In this document: piece by piece, positions 29,566-38,829 of the stretch | Position numbering within the stretch: the stretch's first letter is position 1 | Layout of the letters: every line of letters starts with the position of its first letter | Assembly (NCBI GenBank): GCA_964352335.1 | Contig: CAYGRO010000002.1 | Coordinates: 13,138-77,137 of the forward strand | Direction of reading: 5' to 3' | Length of the DNA: 64,000 nt | From: an uncultured Gammaproteobacteria bacterium | Lineage (GTDB): Bacteria; Patescibacteriota; Patescibacteriia; VMEV01; CAYQCH01 | Notes under the pieces: model-generated | Database searches by the model: none | What the model was told of the DNA's origin: nothing | Seen by the model: only the letters and a program-made list of their open reading frames with translations | Program-made: the position numbers and the translations under genes

Positions 29566-30852
29566 TTAGTTTAAAGAGATTTCAGTTTTCCCATTCATAT
29601 AGGCTCTAAGAGCTTGTGGAATAGAAATGCTTCCATCTTCTTTTTGGTGATTTTCCAATAATGGGATCAAAATTCTAGGGCTAGCAATAAGTGTATTATT
29701 CAATGTATGACAATACTGTTTTTCATCACCATCTTTATAGCGAATATTAGATCGTCTAGCTTGCCAGTCACCGAGGTAGGAAGCTGAATGGGTTTCTCCA
29801 TAAGATTGACGAGAAGGCATCCAACATTCAATATCAAACATTTCTTTTTTTCCGGCTCCCATATCCCCTGTTGCAATTTGTAATACTCGATAAGGAAGTT
29901 CTAATGAAGCCAAAAAGTCTTCCGCGTTTTTTAAGATTTCACGCAACATTTCTCTACCGGCTTTTTCATCTGCTTTCATGAAAATAACTTGTTCTACTTT
30001 TGTAAATTGCTTGATGCGATAAAGTCCTTTTGTATCTTTTCCGTAACTTCCAACTTCTGTTCTAAAACAATTTGTCATTGCGCAATATTTAAGTGGAAGT
30101 TTGTCAATATCAAGAAATTCATTTGAATGGTATCCAAGTAGTGTAACTTCTGAAGTACCGATTAAATACAACGGTGGTTCATCTAAATCCTTACGTTGAT
30201 CATATATTTTGAATGTTTCATCTTCTGCAAATGGAAAATGACCAGAACCTTCAAAGTGTTCACGCTTAGCCATTACTGGCATATCTAATTGAGTAAATCC
30301 TCGTTCAGTAAGAAAATCTAAAGCGTAATTTACAAGTGCTCTTTGCAATTGTGCTGCTTCATTTTTCAAAACATAGCCACGAGTCCCCATTAACTTTACC
30401 CCACGTTCGATGTCAATAATATCTAAAGCTGTTCCAAGCTCTATATGATCTTTAGGCTCAAAGCTAAACTGAGTTGGCTCTCCAACGGTTTTTATTACTG
30501 TATTTGCTTCTTCACCTCCAATAGGTGCTTCTTCAACTGGGATTTGTGGTACAAGTAACATTAATTCGTTAAATCTTGCTTCTACTGCACCTAATTCATC
30601 TTTTATTGCATGAGCTTGATCCGAAATTGTTTTCATTTCTGCAACAAGCGTCTTTTTTTCATCTGGTGATGCTTGAGCAATTTTGTCTGAAGCTTGATTT
30701 TGTTGAGCTCTAAATTCTTCATGTTGAGTAATTAGTTCACGTCTTTTTTCATCAATTTGAAGAAGTTCATCTAGATTAAGATCTATTTGTTTGTTTTTAA
30801 TAGCGGTTTTGACTAAATCTACGTTTTCTCGGATGAATTTACTGTCTAACAT
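29566..30852 (-). CDS. serS: seryl-tRNA synthetase
   Basis: N-terminal coiled-coil arm and class II core motifs (FRTEVGSYGKDTKGLYRIKQF...). 428 aa. Confidence 0.95.
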   Translation of the reverse strand: MLDSKFIRENVDLVKTAIKNKQIDLNLDELLQIDEKRRELITQHEEFRAQQNQASDKIAQASPDEKKTLVAEMKTISDQAHAIKDELGAVEARFNELMLLVPQIPVEEAPIGGEEANTVIKTVGEPTQFSFEPKDHIELGTALDIIDIERGVKLMGTRGYVLKNEAAQLQRALVNYALDFLTERGFTQLDMPVMAKREHFEGSGHFPFAEDETFKIYDQRKDLDEPPLYLIGTSEVTLLGYHSNEFLDIDKLPLKYCAMTNCFRTEVGSYGKDTKGLYRIKQFTKVEQVIFMKADEKAGREMLREILKNAEDFLASLELPYRVLQIATGDMGAGKKEMFDIECWMPSRQSYGETHSASYLGDWQARRSNIRYKDGDEKQYCHTLNNTLIASPRILIPLLENHQKEDGSISIPQALRAYMNGKTEISLN

Positions 30853-30936
30853 ATCGGTCTATTATGCTAAAAACAGGGATTTTGATCCCTTTTAATGATA
30901 GAAATATACCAAAATTCAGTGTTTTTGTCCAAGATA

Positions 30937-30965
30937 TTGACAAAAGCTTGATTTTATGATAATTT
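30937..30965 (+). promoter_or_regulatory. sigma70-like promoter for the GC-rich gene
   Basis: TTGACA at 30937-30942, a 17-nt spacer, then TAATTT at 30960-30965. AAGGAG Shine-Dalgarno at 31000-31005, 6 nt before the GTG at 31012. Confidence 0.4.
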
Positions 30966-31011
30966 CGGCATTCTGGCACATACGTTTTGTGTCATAACAA
31001 AGGAGTGTTCC

Positions 31012-31632
31012 GTGAAGAAGTTCCCAATTGTGATTTTGTTGTTGTTCGCTTTCGTCATGCCCTGTATGGCGCAACAGGACAACGACAAGAAGAACACGAT
31101 GGCCACGCCGAAGGTCGACGAGCCCGCCAACCTGGCGACCCAAGTCGAGATCCTGAAGGCCAAGCTCGAGCGCGAGCAGCTTTTGACCCAGATCGCAGTC
31201 AAGCGGTCGAAGGAGCACGAGCAGCGTCTGCTGAACTTGCTCAAGCGCGTCAAGGCGATCGTCGCTGAGAACGAGAAGCTCAAGCTCCAGAACAAGGCGC
31301 TCGCCGAGCGGGTCGCAAGGAGCAAGCCTCCTATCGAGAATCCCACGGAGAAGAAGCAGGTGACCTCGAGCAAGCCCATCATCAAGGTCGTCGGTGAACC
31401 TCATCGGGTGACTGATCACGTGGCGCTGGTCGTCAACATCAAGGGCGCCAACTCCGGCGTCAAGGCTTGGTGGCATGGGACCGGCATGAAGAAGGCTATG
31501 CTTCTCAAGCTCAAGCAAGAGAAGAACGGTCACTTCTCGCTTCTCGTTGACAAGCCAACGAAGGAGCTCACGGTCTACATCAAGGCCGTCAATGGGAAGG
31601 AGAACACAACGCTCGCCATCCCGATCAAGTAG
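31012..31632 (+). CDS. secreted Lys/Glu-rich coiled-coil protein encoded by a GC-rich island
   Basis: GTG start after a strong SD. Signal peptide MKKFPIVILLLFAFVMPCMAQQ. Codons are GC-ending (AAG, GAG, CTC, GCC) and the line at 31081-31140 counts 38/60 GC, against 19/60 in the flank at 30841-30900. No homolog recognised. Confidence 0.6.
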   Translation: MKKFPIVILLLFAFVMPCMAQQDNDKKNTMATPKVDEPANLATQVEILKAKLEREQLLTQIAVKRSKEHEQRLLNLLKRVKAIVAENEKLKLQNKALAERVARSKPPIENPTEKKQVTSSKPIIKVVGEPHRVTDHVALVVNIKGANSGVKAWWHGTGMKKAMLLKLKQEKNGHFSLLVDKPTKELTVYIKAVNGKENTTLAIPIK

Positions 31633-31639
31633 CTGGCCC

Positions 31640-31700
31640 CCGCCGGCAAGAGACCCGTGCTGGCAGATCGCTCTATGAGTGGTTTGCTGGCACGGGTCTT
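31640..31700 (+). terminator. stem-loop at the 3' end of the GC-rich gene
   Basis: AGACCCGTGC...GCACGGGTCT 10-bp stem with a 29-nt loop, followed by TTTCAATTT. Terminator-like but the U-tract is weak. Confidence 0.35.
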
Positions 31701-31714
31701 TCAATTTGAAAAAA

Positions 31715-32140
31715 TTAGTTTGCTTGTTCTTCTTTTAATTTACTGGATTTATACAATTCTGGGTGAAATGGTTTTAATCGAATGACTGAAGCATGTATAG
31801 ATCTTTTTTGTAATTCATCATTTAATTTATCCACAAAGGCATTTTGATCATAACCTAAGGCGATAATATCAGGTCGAACCTCTTCAATAATTTTATACTT
31901 ATCTTCTATATATCCTAAATGGACTTGATCAACAGCTTTTGATTGAGCGACATGCCCAGCTCTAGTTGTTTCATTTTGATCAGGTAAATTTCCTTTCACT
32001 TGTTGAACTGTTTCGTCTCTAGCAACAACAATATGTAATTCATCCCCTAATTTTTTTGCTTGCTCGAAAAAATCCAGATGTCCTGGGTGTAAAATATCGA
32101 ATGTTCCAAATGCAAGAACTTTTTTCATAGAATTATTCAT
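31715..32140 (-). CDS. cytidylyltransferase-like nucleotidyltransferase (HxGH family)
   Basis: FGTFDILHPGHLDFF is the (T/H)xGH motif of the TagD/CoaD/FMN-adenylyltransferase superfamily. 141 aa. Confidence 0.6.
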   Translation of the reverse strand: MNNSMKKVLAFGTFDILHPGHLDFFEQAKKLGDELHIVVARDETVQQVKGNLPDQNETTRAGHVAQSKAVDQVHLGYIEDKYKIIEEVRPDIIALGYDQNAFVDKLNDELQKRSIHASVIRLKPFHPELYKSSKLKEEQAN

Positions 32141-33620
32141 TCAACTGTTCAGGTCTCATTGTTGGAAAAAAGACAACATCTCTAATCGACTCTTGATTTG
32201 TCAAAATAGAAAATAACCGATCGATTCCAACACCAAATCCGGCTGTTGGTGGCATTCCATGTTCTAAGGCTTGAACATAATCAAAATCAATCATTTGTGC
32301 TTCATTATCCCCTGCCTCTCGCAATTTCATCTGATCTTCGAAGCGCCCTTTTTGGTCAATTGGATCATTTAACTCAGAGAACCCATTTCCGACTTCTGCC
32401 CCAATCATCAGTACTTGGTGACGTTGAACAATTGTCGGATCTTCTGGGTCTCGTTTAGATAAAGGTGAAATAGCAACAGGATGATTAATCAAGAAGCTTG
32501 GTTGAATAATTTCTGGTCGAACCATTTTTTTATAAACCTGATCAACAATTCTTCCATAACCGGCACTTGGATCTATTTTAATTTTGATTCCTTTTTCTTT
32601 GATTTGAGATTTTAATGTTTCTACATCTAAAACAGTTTTAAGATCTATTCCTGTTTTATCTAAAAAGAGTGTTCGATAATCTAGACGTGGCCATTCACTT
32701 GAAAAATCTAATTGATGTTCTTTGTAGGTAATTGAAAGAGTTTCAAAAGTACTTTGAATAATCGATTGATACATTTCTTGAACTAAAGTCATTAACGATT
32801 CATTATTTGCATAGGCCAAATAAAATTCCATCATGGTAAATTCCTGTAGATGCTGTGTGCTCATCCCTTCATTACGAAAGACTTTACCAATTTCGAATAT
32901 TTTTTCATATCCACCAACCGTTAATCGTTTAAGATGTAATTCAAGTGATATCCGTAAATAAAGATCTAAATCCAAGGTATTGTGATGAGTGATAAAAGGT
33001 TCTGCTTCTGCCCCACCGGGGATATTTTCCAAAACGGGAGTTTCTACTTCTAGAAAACCTTTTCCATGCAAAAAACTACGTAGAGATTGAATAAAGAGTG
33101 AACGTTTTTTGAATAGCTCTTTAACATCTTTGTTCACAATTAAATCTACATATCGATGTCTATATCTGTATTCTTCATCTTTAAGACCATGGAATTTATC
33201 AGGCAATGGTCGAATAGCCTTGCTCAATAAATCGAATGATTGAACTTTAATTGTTTGCTCTTCTGTTTTCGTTAAAAATGGAATTCCCGTAATTGAGAGA
33301 AAATCAGCAACATCAATTAATTTTAATAATGCATACTGTTCTTCACTTACGATTTTTTTATTGAAAAATAACTGAATCATTCCAGACTCATCTTCAATTT
33401 GTGCAAAAGTAGATCCACCTTGTCTACGTAAAAGGCGTAATCGACCAGCAACCGTTACTGTGGTTTCTTTTGAAGAAAGTTTATCAAAAGCTAATTTAAC
33501 AGAAGAAATCTCCGTATCTCGTTTTGCATTTGCTGGGTATGGATCTATTCCCATTTCTTGCAATTGAGTTACTTTTTCCAGTCGAATACTTCTTTCATCA
33601 TTTAGGTTTGATTCTGTCAT
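32133..33620 (-). CDS. lysS: lysyl-tRNA synthetase, class II
   Basis: N-terminal OB anticodon-binding domain and class II motifs (FRNEGMSTQHLQEFTMMEFY..., GFGVGIDRLF). Confidence 0.95.
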   Translation of the reverse strand: MTESNLNDERSIRLEKVTQLQEMGIDPYPANAKRDTEISSVKLAFDKLSSKETTVTVAGRLRLLRRQGGSTFAQIEDESGMIQLFFNKKIVSEEQYALLKLIDVADFLSITGIPFLTKTEEQTIKVQSFDLLSKAIRPLPDKFHGLKDEEYRYRHRYVDLIVNKDVKELFKKRSLFIQSLRSFLHGKGFLEVETPVLENIPGGAEAEPFITHHNTLDLDLYLRISLELHLKRLTVGGYEKIFEIGKVFRNEGMSTQHLQEFTMMEFYLAYANNESLMTLVQEMYQSIIQSTFETLSITYKEHQLDFSSEWPRLDYRTLFLDKTGIDLKTVLDVETLKSQIKEKGIKIKIDPSAGYGRIVDQVYKKMVRPEIIQPSFLINHPVAISPLSKRDPEDPTIVQRHQVLMIGAEVGNGFSELNDPIDQKGRFEDQMKLREAGDNEAQMIDFDYVQALEHGMPPTAGFGVGIDRLFSILTNQESIRDVVFFPTMRPEQLNE

Positions 33621-33644
33621 AATTATTATTTCTATGTTCTTATA

Positions 33645-33672
33645 AAAAAACGCCGTATCAGACGCGGCGTTT
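33645..33672 (-). terminator. rho-independent terminator after greA
   Basis: Read on the minus strand: AACGCCG-CGTCTGATA-CGGCGTT followed by TTTTTTT. Confidence 0.6.
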
Positions 33673-33692
33673 AATTTACTCGCGAATTGAAT

Positions 33693-34154
33693 TTATTTTA
33701 CACTGACAATAGTATAGATCGTTTTACCTGCTGGTGTATCTACTTCTACTTTATCACCTTTTGTATGATTTAAAAATGCTTTTCCTAAAGGTGATTCATG
33801 AGAGATAAGACCTTCTGTTGGCGCTGATTCTTCTGGGCCAACAATAGTAAATTTCATACTAGATCCATTTGCTTTTACTTCTACAGTACAACCAAGCGAA
33901 ACAATACCATCACGACCAGATTTTTCGTCAATCATTTCTGAATTTTTCAAAATTTCAGCAAGTTCTGCTGTTCTACCAGCGATAAAAGCTTGTTCATCTT
34001 TTGCATCATGATATTCAGCATTTTCTGATAAATCACCCATTTTAATGGCTTCTTCGATTCGATCAGCAACGGCTATTTTTCTTTTTTTGAGCTCTTCAAG
34101 CTCTTCTTCAAGTTTTTTATAACCTGATTTTGTTAAATAATGGGGGTTTGTCAT
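33693..34154 (-). CDS. greA: transcription elongation factor GreA
   Basis: LTKSGYKKLEEELEELKK N-terminal coiled-coil and a C-terminal FKBP-like domain. 153 aa. Confidence 0.9.
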   Translation of the reverse strand: MTNPHYLTKSGYKKLEEELEELKKRKIAVADRIEEAIKMGDLSENAEYHDAKDEQAFIAGRTAELAEILKNSEMIDEKSGRDGIVSLGCTVEVKANGSSMKFTIVGPEESAPTEGLISHESPLGKAFLNHTKGDKVEVDTPAGKTIYTIVSVK

Positions 34155-34240
34155 AAAAAAAAATGTGGAGACGATCCACTTATACGATATAATGAGTAAA
34201 ACAATATGTATCAGAATAATAGCTCTTAGCTACTCTGTCA

Positions 34241-34276
34241 AACTCATTTTATCCACATTTGCAAGATTTTTGTCAA
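34241..34276 (-). promoter_or_regulatory. candidate sigma70-like promoter for greA
   Basis: On the minus strand: TTGACA, an 18-19 nt spacer, then TAAAAT. About 85 nt upstream of the greA start. Confidence 0.3.
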
Positions 34277-34289
34277 CCTTTTCTAACAA

Positions 34290-36323
34290 TTATTCTAATA
34301 CGATTCGATTGTCATACCACCACTGTAATAAATCATTGGCGATTGAAACGGCTATCTTAGACCCTTCTTCTCCCTCTTCGACCAGAATACTAAAAGCAAT
34401 TTGTGGATTCTCTGTTGGTGCATATCCAGCAAACCATGCATGAGGAGGTTTCGTAGGATGCCATTGAGCTGTCCCCGTTTTACCAGAAACCTCGATTGGC
34501 AATGTACCTAATCGTTGTCCACTTCCTTGTGTCACAACTCGCCGTAAACCATCTTGAATAACTTGAATATTTTCTTGTGACAAAACTTGTTGGTTGAGAA
34601 TAGTTGGTTTCACTTCTTCAATAAGTTCTTGATTTTGATTTAAAAACCCAGAAACTAAATAGGGCTGATAAACTGTCCCCCCATTAGCAAATGTAGAAAT
34701 GAATGAGGCAACTTGCAGAGGTGTTACAAGTAAATCACCTTGTCCAATCGCTAAATGATAGGTGTCACCGATATACCATCTTTCATTTTTTGTTGCCTCT
34801 TTCCATTCTTTCGAAGGGAGAAAACCTGCAGACTCACTAGGAAGATCAATTCCCAATGGTTGTGACAAACCAAACTTATACGCATAATCAGAAATTTTTG
34901 CCACACCTAGTCCTTCAAAATCATCGACACCACCACCTATAGCATAAAAATAGGTATTCACGGAGTCTGCAAGTGCATGATAAACATTTGTTTGTCCATG
35001 TCCTCCAGCTTTCCAATCAGGAAAAAACCATGTTTTAATTCTTATCCCCCCCGTAGAAAGAAAGTTTGTATATGGTGTCACAATTCCTTCATCCAAAGCT
35101 GCACCAGCAACGATTGGTTTAAATGTAGAACCAGATGGGTATTCACCAGACACGGCTCTATTGTACAGCGGCTTATTTTCATTCTCGATGAGAGCTGAAT
35201 ACACATCTGAATTAATTCGTTTAGCAAAGTCGTTATTATCAAATGTAGGAAGACTTACCATTGAGATTACTTGTCCATTTTGAGGATTTAATATCACAAC
35301 ACTTCCTCGTTCTTTTTCATAGTCGATCAAATGATTTTGTAAGATTTCTTCTGCAGCTCGTTGAAACTCAACATCAATTGTAGTTAATAAACTTAAACCA
35401 TCTACAGCTTGTTTTTGAGCAATTACTTGCTGTGGTGTACCCATTGCATTTACTTCTAATGATTCATTTCCGAATTCTCCTCTCAATTGTTCTTCATAAG
35501 TATATTCCAAGCCTGAACGTCCAATAACATCATTAAAAAGATAACCATTATCTGATAATTCTTTATGGTCAGAGTCGTTTAATCTAGCCATATACCCAAG
35601 CAAATGGGATAAGCTTTTTACAGGAGCATAAACTCTTGTATCACTTGTATCTAATGACGGCGGTCCTTCATTCAAATATTCTCTTCGAGAAAATAATTCA
35701 ACACTGAGATATTCTTGTTTTTCAGCGAGCAATTGAAGAGCAATGGAGTCATCTTGTTTTATGAATTCTGCGACAATGGTTGCTTGTCCACGTTTTTTAT
35801 AATTTTGATAGAGATCTTCAATTGATGAAAGAAATTCATCTTGAGTATCATCGCGATAAAACAACAGATAGCTTTGATAAAGATCTCGTAATAATGATTG
35901 TCGTTTAGAAAGATCAACAGGTAAAAGATTAGGTTGAATCGTTAAAACATAATTTGGAGAGTTTTGAACAAGTGGGATTTTGTATCGATCATAAATCAAA
36001 CCACGATCTGCTCGAATATGGTCAATTCGCAATCTATTTTGATCAGCCTTTTCTTTATAAGAGGCTCCTTGAACAACTTGAACTTGCATTGAGCGAAGGA
36101 TCAATATGCTTAATACGATCAATACAAAAATAGAAATTTTTGCAAATAATTTTGGAGTAAATAGTCTTCCTAAATACCCATCTGTCTGCCCATATTGCAT
36201 GGTATAGCCATCTTGAATATCTGGATCAACAAAACTAGCTTCTACCCATTCTTGTTTTTTTCCACGATGAAGATGTAGAGATTTTCTGGAAACTTCTTGT
36301 ACTCTAAATAAATCTTCTGACAT
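34290..36323 (-). CDS. mrdA: penicillin-binding protein 2 (class B transpeptidase)
   Basis: N-terminal TM and dimerisation domain. SGSTFKP (SxxK) and KTGTAQ (KTG) motifs. Last gene of the mreBCD-pbp2 set. Confidence 0.85.
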   Translation of the reverse strand: MSEDLFRVQEVSRKSLHLHRGKKQEWVEASFVDPDIQDGYTMQYGQTDGYLGRLFTPKLFAKISIFVLIVLSILILRSMQVQVVQGASYKEKADQNRLRIDHIRADRGLIYDRYKIPLVQNSPNYVLTIQPNLLPVDLSKRQSLLRDLYQSYLLFYRDDTQDEFLSSIEDLYQNYKKRGQATIVAEFIKQDDSIALQLLAEKQEYLSVELFSRREYLNEGPPSLDTSDTRVYAPVKSLSHLLGYMARLNDSDHKELSDNGYLFNDVIGRSGLEYTYEEQLRGEFGNESLEVNAMGTPQQVIAQKQAVDGLSLLTTIDVEFQRAAEEILQNHLIDYEKERGSVVILNPQNGQVISMVSLPTFDNNDFAKRINSDVYSALIENENKPLYNRAVSGEYPSGSTFKPIVAGAALDEGIVTPYTNFLSTGGIRIKTWFFPDWKAGGHGQTNVYHALADSVNTYFYAIGGGVDDFEGLGVAKISDYAYKFGLSQPLGIDLPSESAGFLPSKEWKEATKNERWYIGDTYHLAIGQGDLLVTPLQVASFISTFANGGTVYQPYLVSGFLNQNQELIEEVKPTILNQQVLSQENIQVIQDGLRRVVTQGSGQRLGTLPIEVSGKTGTAQWHPTKPPHAWFAGYAPTENPQIAFSILVEEGEEGSKIAVSIANDLLQWWYDNRIVLE

Positions 36324-36326
36324 ATT

Positions 36327-36866
36327 CTAGTGATCTGAAATAATGAAATAAGATTTAAACCGCTTACTCATAAATGTTGTTGCTAGATATCCAAGACTTA
36401 ATAAAGCTAAGGAAAATGGAGTATAGAATAGAATCGAGATCATCCAATCTACTGTGATCAGTGTAATCAGTTCTTCTGGAAACCAGTAATGATAGAGAGT
36501 TAATAAAAGCGCATAAACAGCATAATAGATAAACCAAGCAATAATTCCAATTGCCAGTAATACATAATACGATCTATTCGTAAAAAATCGTTCAAGTAAG
36601 AAATTTATGACAAAAAGTGATGTAAACCCAGCAATGAGAGGAATCAGAAAAAGGCTACCAGCAGTATATGAAAGCAATAGGATACTAGCAAAATAAAATG
36701 GATATGCGATCGCATTACGGAAAATAAAGATGAAGAAAACAGAAACAATAAAAGCGATATTGATCAAATTCCAATTTCCCCCTAAACCGGGTAAAAAGCC
36801 CGCGTCAAAACTAATAACCATTAAGAGAAAGAGAAATTTTGCTATCGTAGAAAGAAATACTTTCAT
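36327..36866 (-). CDS. mreD: rod shape-determining protein MreD (polytopic membrane protein)
   Basis: 179 aa with 5-6 TM helices, positioned between mreC and pbp2. Assigned by synteny; MreD has no strong motif. Confidence 0.55.
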   Translation of the reverse strand: MKVFLSTIAKFLFLLMVISFDAGFLPGLGGNWNLINIAFIVSVFFIFIFRNAIAYPFYFASILLLSYTAGSLFLIPLIAGFTSLFVINFLLERFFTNRSYYVLLAIGIIAWFIYYAVYALLLTLYHYWFPEELITLITVDWMISILFYTPFSLALLSLGYLATTFMSKRFKSYFIISDH

Positions 36867-36871
36867 AGATT

Positions 36872-37687
36872 CTATTGCTGAGAAAGAATAACAGAAACGA
36901 ATGTATGCGCACTTGGGTCAGCCAATGGTCTTAAAATGGCTTTTTGAAATAAATCACTATTTTCTGAAATGACTTCTTCTATTTCTCCGATAATCAGACC
37001 TTTTGGAATACTAATTTCTAATCCAGATGTAATAACGAGTTGCCCCTGTAATAAGGATTCACCTTGTGGAATTTGATCCAGCAATAAACTCAAACCTCGC
37101 TCTCCATGTGCCATTTTACTAGAAGGCGCTCCCCCACTTATTGTCGAAGCAACTTGACTTTGTGTATCTGTAAGCAATAGCGCTTTTGATGAACGAGCAA
37201 AAACTTCTGTGATCTTGGCTATAATGACTCCATCTTCAACGACAACGGCATTATCTAAAGCCACCCCGTCCCTTATTCCAACATTTAAAAGTAATACAGA
37301 AGAATTTTCTGGATCTTTACCAACAACTCGCGCTGCAGTTCTAGGCAAATTTGTTGAACTATCTTCAAAGAAATTTAATAATTGACGCAGAGATTGATTT
37401 TCTTGTTCAGCCGTTTGTAACTGAGCTAAACGTTGTTTTATTTGAATAATCTCATCTCGCAATAATTCATTTTCAGTCTGTAAAAGAGCTGTATTTTTGG
37501 GTTTTGAAAAGAGCGAACTGAGAGAGTTTCCGAAACCATAAAACTTTTGAATGATTGGCTGAGTAATAGCTAGTGAACCAGATTGTATTGACCTATCTAC
37601 TCCAATGAGTTTAAAAATCAACGCAAAAAGAATCAGACCTGTGATGACGATCAAAAGCGTAAATCGTTTTACTGGTTGACGCTTCAT
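36872..37687 (-). CDS. mreC: rod shape-determining protein MreC
   Basis: N-terminal TM helix, then a coiled-coil (ENELLRDEIIQIKQRLAQLQTAEQEN), then a beta-rich C-domain. Directly downstream of mreB. Confidence 0.75.
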   Translation of the reverse strand: MKRQPVKRFTLLIVITGLILFALIFKLIGVDRSIQSGSLAITQPIIQKFYGFGNSLSSLFSKPKNTALLQTENELLRDEIIQIKQRLAQLQTAEQENQSLRQLLNFFEDSSTNLPRTAARVVGKDPENSSVLLLNVGIRDGVALDNAVVVEDGVIIAKITEVFARSSKALLLTDTQSQVASTISGGAPSSKMAHGERGLSLLLDQIPQGESLLQGQLVITSGLEISIPKGLIIGEIEEVISENSDLFQKAILRPLADPSAHTFVSVILSQQ

Positions 37688-37696
37688 ATAGTTATG

Positions 37697-38782
37697 CTAA
37701 CGAATCATTGTTTCTTGTTGAGTTGAAGCTAATATAACTTCACTCATTGCTTCTATGTCTTCTAAAATAATCCCTGTGCCACGTACAGCACATGTAGCAG
37801 GATCATCAGCTATTTGTACCGGAATACTTAAGGCTTCTGCGAGAGCCTGGTCTAATCCTTTTAATAAAGAACCAGCTCCAAATAATGTAATTCCACGTTC
37901 ATAAATATCCGCAACTAATTCAGGTGGTGTTCCTTCTAATGTTGCTTTCACATTATCAATGAAAAACTTAAGAGAGCGTGAAATCGCTTGTCGAATTTGA
38001 GCATCAGACACGGTGACTTCTCTTGGTAATCCAGAAATAAGATTTCTCCCTCTCACCTCCATCGATAATGATTCAGCTAAAGGAATAGCAGATCCAATCT
38101 TTGTTTTGGCTGCTTCCGCCATATGTGAACCTAAAAGGATATTGAATTCATGTCTGGCAAATTGAATGATGTCATTATCAAATTGCTTACTAGACATTTG
38201 TAAACTTTTCCAAGTTACCACCCCGCTTAAAGAAATAACAGCAATTTCAATTCTACCTCCACCAATATCAATAACCATTGTTCCATTTGGTTCTTGAATA
38301 GGGATTCTTGCACCAATTGCTCCCGCTAAAATTTGCTCTGTTAATAACACTTCGCGTGCCCCAGCTCCTAATACAGCATCTTCAACAGCTTTTTTTTCTA
38401 CCTCAGTTAAATCCATTGGAATAGCAACAACAACTCGTGGCCTTGGTAAAATATTGAAGTTTTCTGCGTGAATTTTATCAATGAAAAATCGGATCATTTT
38501 TTCGCATACTTCAAAATCAGAAATAATCCCCTGTAATAGAGGTGAAACAACGGTGATATGTGGAGGGGTTTTCCCCAACATGGCTTCTGCTTCGCTTCCT
38601 ACAGCGATAATTTGATTTGTTTTTGTATTCAATGCAACGACAGATGGCTCATCAATCACAATACCGCGATCTTTTACATAAATACGGGTATTTGATGTAC
38701 CTAGATCGATACCAATGTCTTTAGAAAATCTACCAAGGAATTTATTGATCATAGAAAAAAAGCGTAAATTCAGCGTATACAA
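37697..38782 (-). CDS. mreB: rod shape-determining protein MreB
   Basis: DIGIDLGTSNTRIYVKDRGIVIDEPSVVA phosphate-1 motif and actin-fold motifs (DIGGGRIEIAV). Confidence 0.9.
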   Translation of the reverse strand: MYTLNLRFFSMINKFLGRFSKDIGIDLGTSNTRIYVKDRGIVIDEPSVVALNTKTNQIIAVGSEAEAMLGKTPPHITVVSPLLQGIISDFEVCEKMIRFFIDKIHAENFNILPRPRVVVAIPMDLTEVEKKAVEDAVLGAGAREVLLTEQILAGAIGARIPIQEPNGTMVIDIGGGRIEIAVISLSGVVTWKSLQMSSKQFDNDIIQFARHEFNILLGSHMAEAAKTKIGSAIPLAESLSMEVRGRNLISGLPREVTVSDAQIRQAISRSLKFFIDNVKATLEGTPPELVADIYERGITLFGAGSLLKGLDQALAEALSIPVQIADDPATCAVRGTGIILEDIEAMSEVILASTQQETMIR

Positions 38783-38829
38783 TCATTTTAGAACTTCATC
38801 TTAGCGGAACTTTTGTATTAGATCAATTA

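Noticed and set aside
30916-31704. Long minus-strand ORFs (262 aa and 143 aa) and a 93-aa plus ORF over the GC-rich island
   Set aside because: High-GC DNA is stop-poor in all frames. These translations are low-complexity (Leu/Arg/Gly-rich) and have no start context. The plus-strand frame with promoter, SD and signal peptide explains the locus.
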